DNA of 53,971 nucleotides, taken from contig JAFABD010000099.1 of assembly GCA_023426225.1 (NCBI GenBank), positions 1 to 53,971 of the forward strand, in the 5' to 3' direction. Shown here piece by piece: positions 48,928 through 53,971 of this stretch. Both the position numbers and the translations under genes were made by a program. The notes beneath the pieces were generated by a model, which was not told where the DNA came from, searched no databases, and saw nothing but the letters and a program-made list of their open reading frames with translations. The stretch is from Pseudomonadota bacterium. GTDB taxonomy: Bacteria; Pseudomonadota; Alphaproteobacteria; Sphingomonadales; Sphingomonadaceae. How positions within the stretch are numbered: position 1 is the first letter of the stretch; each line of letters starts with the position of its first letter.

Positions 48928-49004
48928 TGGCGCGCCCGGAACGATTCGAACGTCCGACCCTCAGATTCGTAGTCTGATGCTCTATCCAGCTGAGCTACGG
49001 GCGC
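48928..49004 (-). tRNA. tRNA-Arg (ACG), identical second copy
   Basis: Same 77-nt sequence, separated from the first by a 32-nt spacer. Confidence 0.97.
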
Positions 49005-49087
49005 GCTGTGGAGCGGCGCTGATATGCGGCGAATCAGAATGATGCAACCCCGTTGCGTCACTTTTTTCACGCGCATAGAGCATGGCC

Positions 49088-49591
49088 ATGCGCCGCTTCG
49101 CCCTTTTGTCCGCCCTCGCCCTTGCGGCGTGCGCCGAAACGCCCGGCTCCTATCCGTCGCTGCTACCGCGGCCGGCGGAAAGTGCCGCCTTTGCCGAACC
49201 CGCCTCGCCCCCGGGGCAAGCGGCGGAACCCGTCGCCGATCCTGCGCTCGACAAGCAGATCGCAGCGCAGCAGCAGGCACTCGCCGCCGCCGCCGGCCGG
49301 TTCGCACGCGCTGCTCAGGACGCCGAGGCGCGGGTCGCCGTCGCCCGCGGGGTTCGCGAGGGCAGCGACGCCTGGCTCGATGCCCAGACCGGGCTTAGTA
49401 CGCTGCAGTCGCTTGCCGCGCCGTCGCTGCTCGCGCTCCAGCAGCTCGAATCGCTGGCGATCGCACGCGGCGAAGCGGGTAAGCCGCCCTACCCGCAACT
49501 CGACCGAGCGATTCAACAGGCGCGCACGCTGACTGCCGATCAGGCGCAGCGCATTCACGCGCTCGAAACCGCGCTCGCCGCCCGCGAATAG
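49088..49591 (+). CDS. Hypothetical helical lipoprotein
   Basis: Lipobox LAAC followed by YPSLLPRPAE; Ala-rich helices. Confidence 0.8.
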   Translation: MRRFALLSALALAACAETPGSYPSLLPRPAESAAFAEPASPPGQAAEPVADPALDKQIAAQQQALAAAAGRFARAAQDAEARVAVARGVREGSDAWLDAQTGLSTLQSLAAPSLLALQQLESLAIARGEAGKPPYPQLDRAIQQARTLTADQAQRIHALETALAARE

Positions 49592-49599
49592 CGCGGCGA

Positions 49600-51828
49600 T
49601 CAGCGGCTCGCCTGCGGCTCGTCCTTGGTCTGGTCGAGCCGCAGCACGGGCAGCACCGACCCATAGTCGTCACGCCAGGCATCGATCCCCGGCTCGCGCA
49701 ACAGCGGCCGCCAACGCGGGTCATCGCCCGCCATTGCCTCGACCTTGTCCTTTTGCCTCGAAAGCGCGATCCAGTCCGAAACGCTCGCCTCGCGCGCCTG
49801 CGCGGCCGCGTCGGGCACATAGAGGCGGCGAAGCCCGGTCCATCCCTGTTCGGCGGCGGCCGCTGCGACAACCGGCTCGAGCCGCAGGAAGCGATTGGAG
49901 ACATGGACGAGCAGCAGCCCGCCCGGCGCAAGCACCCGGCCATAGGTGGCAAAGGCCTGCGTGGTCATCAGGTGCATCGGCACCGAATCCGAGGAAAAGG
50001 CGTCGAGCACGAGCAGGTCGAGGCTGGCGTCGGGTGCCTGCGACAGGCGCAATCGCGCATCGCCCAATTCGATTGCCGCGTTGGGCGCACAGTCGCGCAG
50101 GAAGGTGAAGCGACCCGAATCGCGCGCCAGCCGAACGATCGCCGGATCGATCTCATAGAAGCGCCACGACTGGCCGGGCTGCGCATAACAGGCGAGCGTG
50201 CCGGTCCCCAGCCCCACCACGCCCACGCGCGCGTTCGGCCCATAGAGCCGCGGCAGCGCCGCCATCGCGGCGGCGACGCCGGATTCCGGAGCATAATAGG
50301 TGGTGGGAAGGCGCGCATCGGCGCCGCGGAGCTGCACGCCGTGCAGCGTCGTGCCATGGGCCAGCCGCGTCTGATCGGGCAGTGCGTTGATCGTATAGAC
50401 GCCGAAATAGCTTCGCACGCGGTTACCCGCGAACGACACGCTGATCGCCTGCCAGCCGCCATAAAGCAGCAGCGCCGCCGTCAGCGCGACGAGGAAGAGC
50501 GCGCGGTTCCCCGCCGCCACGATGCCCAGCACCGCCACGCCCAGGAAAGCGAACTGCAGCGTCTCGCCATCGCCGCGGCCGCCGCCCACGATCCCGGCGG
50601 CGAGGATGGCGACGATCGCCGCGCCGAGGCCGATCGCCTTGGCGCGACGCCCGCGCGCCCAGAACCGCGCGGTCAGCGCGAACAGGTACGTCTGCGGCGT
50701 CAATGCCGCTGCCGCGATCAGCAACAGCGGATATTCATAGGTCCAGTCGAACAGGATCGGCGCGACGAGCGCGGTCAGCACGCCGCCCGACGCGCCGCCG
50801 AACGCCATCGCGAGGTAAAAGCCCGTCAGCCCGGCGGGCGGCGGCCGCAACGCATGGAGGCGATGGTGCAACGCCACCGCAACGACGAACAGCAACGCCA
50901 GCCCGATCACCGCATTGGCGATCGCAAAGCGCTGGTTTCCCGCCACGCTCGTTGCGCCGAACAGCAGCAACAGCACGGGCAACAGCTTGGCGATCAGTTC
51001 ATCGAGCAGCGGCGATTCGCGAAACGCCACCGAAAAGCTCAACAGGTAGAGCGCAAGCGGCAACACCCAGAGCAGCGGCATCGCGACGATGTCGGTGGTG
51101 AGGTGCGTGGTCGTCGCCAGCATCAGCCCCGAAGGCACGAGCGCAAGCACCACCCAATGCAGCCAGCGCCCGCCCGGGATGGCCCCGGCCGCGGCGCGCG
51201 CCCGGTCGTGCGGCACCGCTGTCCCCCTCCCGCGCGGCAGACAGAGCGCGGCAGCGGCCACCAGCAGCGCCACGAACCCATAGCCGATGCTCCACGAGAG
51301 GCTCTGCCCCTTCAGGCTCAGCAACGGCTCGACGACCAGCGGATAGACAAGCAACCCGCCCAGGCTGCCGATGTTCGAAGCGACATAGAGGCGATACGGA
51401 TCGCGCCCCGCCGCTGCGGCGACGTACCAGCGCTGAAGCAGCGGCGCCTGCGCCGAAATCGCGAAGAACAGCGGCCCGATCGACGCGACCAGCAGCCACG
51501 GCGTCCACAATGCCGGCTCGGCACCCGGCGGCAACTCGAACCGGGCAAGCCCGATCGGCAGCCACAACGCGGCGAGCGCGAGCAGCACCAGATGGATGAC
51601 GGCCTGCCGCCGCAGCGGCTGCGCGGCAACGGCGTGGGCATAGCCATAGCCGCCGAGCAGCAACGCCTGGTAGACGAGCATCGCCGAGTTCCACACCGCC
51701 GGCGCGCCGCCCAGCCGCGGCAGCGCCATCCGCGCCACCATCGGCTGGATCAGGAACAGCATGAAGGATCCGGCCAGGATCGCAGCCACGAACAACGTAT
51801 CGACAGCCCACGGCCGCACCGCCGGCAT
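49600..51828 (-). CDS. Fused MFS-like membrane domain / spermidine synthase-like SAM-dependent transferase
   Basis: QPMVARMALPRLGGAPAVW, multi-TM N-terminus, HGTTLHG, GLGTGTLACY, YEIDPAI, GDAR and DAFSSDSVPMHL motifs; start trimmed to ATG 51828. Confidence 0.9.
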   Translation of the reverse strand: MPAVRPWAVDTLFVAAILAGSFMLFLIQPMVARMALPRLGGAPAVWNSAMLVYQALLLGGYGYAHAVAAQPLRRQAVIHLVLLALAALWLPIGLARFELPPGAEPALWTPWLLVASIGPLFFAISAQAPLLQRWYVAAAAGRDPYRLYVASNIGSLGGLLVYPLVVEPLLSLKGQSLSWSIGYGFVALLVAAAALCLPRGRGTAVPHDRARAAAGAIPGGRWLHWVVLALVPSGLMLATTTHLTTDIVAMPLLWVLPLALYLLSFSVAFRESPLLDELIAKLLPVLLLLFGATSVAGNQRFAIANAVIGLALLFVVAVALHHRLHALRPPPAGLTGFYLAMAFGGASGGVLTALVAPILFDWTYEYPLLLIAAAALTPQTYLFALTARFWARGRRAKAIGLGAAIVAILAAGIVGGGRGDGETLQFAFLGVAVLGIVAAGNRALFLVALTAALLLYGGWQAISVSFAGNRVRSYFGVYTINALPDQTRLAHGTTLHGVQLRGADARLPTTYYAPESGVAAAMAALPRLYGPNARVGVVGLGTGTLACYAQPGQSWRFYEIDPAIVRLARDSGRFTFLRDCAPNAAIELGDARLRLSQAPDASLDLLVLDAFSSDSVPMHLMTTQAFATYGRVLAPGGLLLVHVSNRFLRLEPVVAAAAAEQGWTGLRRLYVPDAAAQAREASVSDWIALSRQKDKVEAMAGDDPRWRPLLREPGIDAWRDDYGSVLPVLRLDQTKDEPQASR

Positions 51829-51854
51829 GTCGTCCCCTGCCCGCGGCGCAGCGC

Positions 51855-52379
51855 TCACGGGCGGGCGATGCGATAGGTGATGTGGCTTCGCAGCGCCGGG
51901 GGCGCCGCAGGATGGTCGAACGCGCCATCGGCCACGCGCACCATCCCCAGTCGCTCCATCAGGCCCCAGCTCCGCCGGTTGGCCGGAACGGTGATCGCGA
52001 CGACCTGCGGCACGTCGAGCGTGCGCCACGCCCAGGCAAGCGTCGCCGCTGCCGCCTCGCGGGCATAGCCCTGCCCCCAATGGGGCGCGGCAAGCCGCCA
52101 GCCGATCTCGATCTCATTCTCGATCGGCGTCCCGGCGGCGCCCGGCTTCAACCCGCAAAAGCCCAGAAAGGCTCGATCAGCCGCACGCTCGACGGCCCAG
52201 AAGCAATAGCCGGTCGTCGCCAGCAGGGCCTGTTGCCGATCGATCGCGGCGGCGCTTTCGGCGCGGCTCAGCGGCGGCCCCAGATACGCCATCACGTCCG
52301 GATCGTTGCACATCGCATGAAACGGATCGCGGTCGCCGTCGCGCCAGCCGCGCAGGGTCAGTCGTTCGGTTTCGATCAC
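51855..52379 (-). CDS. GNAT acetyltransferase (RimJ/RimL type)
   Basis: IETERLTLR, FCGLKPG, EIGWRL, WGQGYAREAA and NRRSWGLMERLGM motifs; GTG start. Confidence 0.9.
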   Translation of the reverse strand: MIETERLTLRGWRDGDRDPFHAMCNDPDVMAYLGPPLSRAESAAAIDRQQALLATTGYCFWAVERAADRAFLGFCGLKPGAAGTPIENEIEIGWRLAAPHWGQGYAREAAAATLAWAWRTLDVPQVVAITVPANRRSWGLMERLGMVRVADGAFDHPAAPPALRSHITYRIARP

Positions 52380-52900
52380 GGCCGGTCGATCGCATAGGCG
52401 ACGGTCGGTGCCAACCGGTCCGCCGGATCGAATACCGGGTGCATGAACTCGGCAAAGGCCGTCATGCCCAGCCGGGTCATCAGGCGACGGCTGGGCTCGT
52501 TGACGATCGCGGTGATCGCGACGATCCGCGACTCGGGCCGGTGCTGCCATCCCCATGCCAGGCTCGCCTCGGCCGCCTCGCGGGCATAGCCCTGGCCCCA
52601 GACCGCGCGAACGAACATCCAGCCGATCTCAAGCTCGCCTGCAATCGGCGTGTTCGGCGCGCCGGGCTTCAATCCGCAGAAGCCCGCCAGCGTGCCGTCG
52701 TCGCGGCGCTCCGCGATCCAGAAGCCCAGCCCGTCGCTCGCGCGATAGCCGAGGTGCCGGTTCAGCGTCGCCTCGCTTCCCTTGCGCCCCTTGGAGGGGC
52801 CAAGATTGCGCATCGCATCGGCATCGCTCCACATCGCGTGAAGCGCGTCGAGGTCGCGCGGCTCGGGTAACCGCAGGATGAGCCGCGCGGTCTCGATCAC
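52376..52900 (-). CDS. GNAT acetyltransferase (RimJ/RimL type), tandem paralog
   Basis: IETARLILR, FCGLKPG, EIGW, WGQGYAREAA and NEPSRRLMTRLGM motifs; GTG start. Confidence 0.9.
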   Translation of the reverse strand: MIETARLILRLPEPRDLDALHAMWSDADAMRNLGPSKGRKGSEATLNRHLGYRASDGLGFWIAERRDDGTLAGFCGLKPGAPNTPIAGELEIGWMFVRAVWGQGYAREAAEASLAWGWQHRPESRIVAITAIVNEPSRRLMTRLGMTAFAEFMHPVFDPADRLAPTVAYAIDRP

Positions 52901-53883
52901 TTCGCCAGCAGCCGTGCAGCAACCGGCGCGTGGTAAGTGAGAACGCCCGAAGCGCCTGCGCGCTTGAACGCCATCAGCGTTTCCATCACCAGCCCCTCGC
53001 GATCGCACGCGCCGGCCGCCGCGGCGGCCTCGATCATCGCATATTCGCCCGAGACCTGGTACGCGAACACCGGCACCTGGAACTCGTTCTTCACACGCAG
53101 GATGATGTCGAGATAGGGCAGGCCCGGCTTCACCATCACGCTGTCGGCGCCTTCGGCGAGGTCGAGCGCCACTTCGCGAAGCGCTTCCTCGGCGTTGGCC
53201 GGGTCCATCTGATAGGTCTTCTTGTCGCCCTTCAGCAGCCCGCGCGTGTTCACCGCGTCGCGGAACGGCCCATAGAAGACGCTCGCATATTTGGCGGCAT
53301 AGGCCATGATCTGGACGTTGGGGTGGCCGCCGTCCTCCAGCGCCTCGCGGATCACGCCGACGCGGCCGTCCATCATGTCCGACGGCGCGATGATGTCCGA
53401 TCCGGCCTCGGCCTGCACGATCGCCTGGCGCGTCAGCACCTCCACCGTCGCGTCGTTGAGCACATAGCCCGCCGCATCGACGATGCCGTCATGGCCATGG
53501 GTGGTATAGGGGTCGAGCGCCACGTCGGTCAGCACGCCCAGATCGGGGACCGCATCCTTGATCGCCCGGATCGCGCGGCACATCAGATTGTCCGGGTTGA
53601 ACGCTTCGCGCCCGTCGTCGGTGCGCAGTCCGTGCGGCGTGTTGGGGAACAGCGCCACGCACGGAATGCCCAGGTCGGCGGCCTCGCGTGCGCGGTCGAC
53701 CAGCCGCCGCAGCGACCAGCGCGACACGCCCGGCAACGACGAAACCGGTTCCTCGTCGGCGCCTTCGGTGACGAACAGCGGCCAGATCAGGTCGGCGGGG
53801 GTAAGAACCGTCTCGGCATGAAGCCGACGGCTCCAGGCGGCAGCGCGCGTGCGGCGCATGCGGAGCGCAGGATAGTGACTCAT
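52897..53883 (-). CDS. hemB: Porphobilinogen synthase (Cys-free metal site, non-Zn type)
   Basis: DVALDPYTTHGHDG, APSDMMDGRV, SVFYGPFRDA, VMVKPG and AYQVSGEYAM motifs. Confidence 0.97.
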   Translation of the reverse strand: MSHYPALRMRRTRAAAWSRRLHAETVLTPADLIWPLFVTEGADEEPVSSLPGVSRWSLRRLVDRAREAADLGIPCVALFPNTPHGLRTDDGREAFNPDNLMCRAIRAIKDAVPDLGVLTDVALDPYTTHGHDGIVDAAGYVLNDATVEVLTRQAIVQAEAGSDIIAPSDMMDGRVGVIREALEDGGHPNVQIMAYAAKYASVFYGPFRDAVNTRGLLKGDKKTYQMDPANAEEALREVALDLAEGADSVMVKPGLPYLDIILRVKNEFQVPVFAYQVSGEYAMIEAAAAAGACDREGLVMETLMAFKRAGASGVLTYHAPVAARLLAK

Positions 53884-53971
53884 GGCCGGGCTTGTGGACC
53901 CGTGCGCGCGCCCGCGCAACCCGCAGCCGACGCGACGCGCATCAGCCGCGCGCCTTGCGCCGCCGCAGCCG

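Noticed and set aside
48488..48972. ORFs reading through the tRNA region (MARPERFERPTLRFVV etc.)
   Set aside because: These are translations of the tRNA antisense strand.
48819..49004. Repeat-spacer-repeat as a mini CRISPR array or att site
   Set aside because: The repeats are complete 77-nt tRNA genes. There are no cas genes, integrase or cargo.
49753..51876. 707-aa plus-strand ORF, and similar long antisense ORFs at 13921-15636, 35538-37103, 2083-3666 and 3609-5099
   Set aside because: Each lies opposite a well-supported gene and has no recognisable domain.
22684..52900. A unified polyamine system (amine MCP, ast genes, spermidine-synthase fusion, GNATs, HDAC)
   Set aside because: The genes are spread over 30 kb in separate operons with no shared motif seen. 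The theme is likely coincidental.

Overview
GC-rich alphaproteobacterial chromosome segment. Gene content and order point to Sphingomonadaceae, most likely Sphingomonas (inference). Most of it is core genome: purM-purN; an EEP hydrolase plus patatin/DUF3376 pair; lapA-pyrF-(GNAT)-trpFBA-accD-folC; ampG; rluB-rsmD; uvrD; MFS-cysK; a SleB-like hydrolase; a LiuR-type regulator with acyl-CoA dehydrogenase; hisI/purF; HDAC plus photolyase; rppH; DUF481; M20 hydrolase-astA-astB; two identical tRNA-Arg(ACG); and hemB-GNAT-GNAT-fused MFS/spermidine synthase. The most interesting part is about 21.7-27.4 kb. It is a minus-strand envelope/sensing cluster: TorF-like porin, amine-type dCache chemoreceptor, uncharacterised beta-barrel and a small two-Cys exported protein. 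An intact IS1380-family element (CTAG target duplication) separates the cluster from its apparent promoter. Regulatory sites read directly from the DNA are a Fur-like palindrome before a DUF6628-like gene, a Pho box before the Pit transporter, a LexA box on uvrD and a LiuR operator inside a leaderless promoter. Two genes absent from the ORF track (1..1027 and 15914..16060) were translated by hand. All family assignments come from motif recognition, not database searches.
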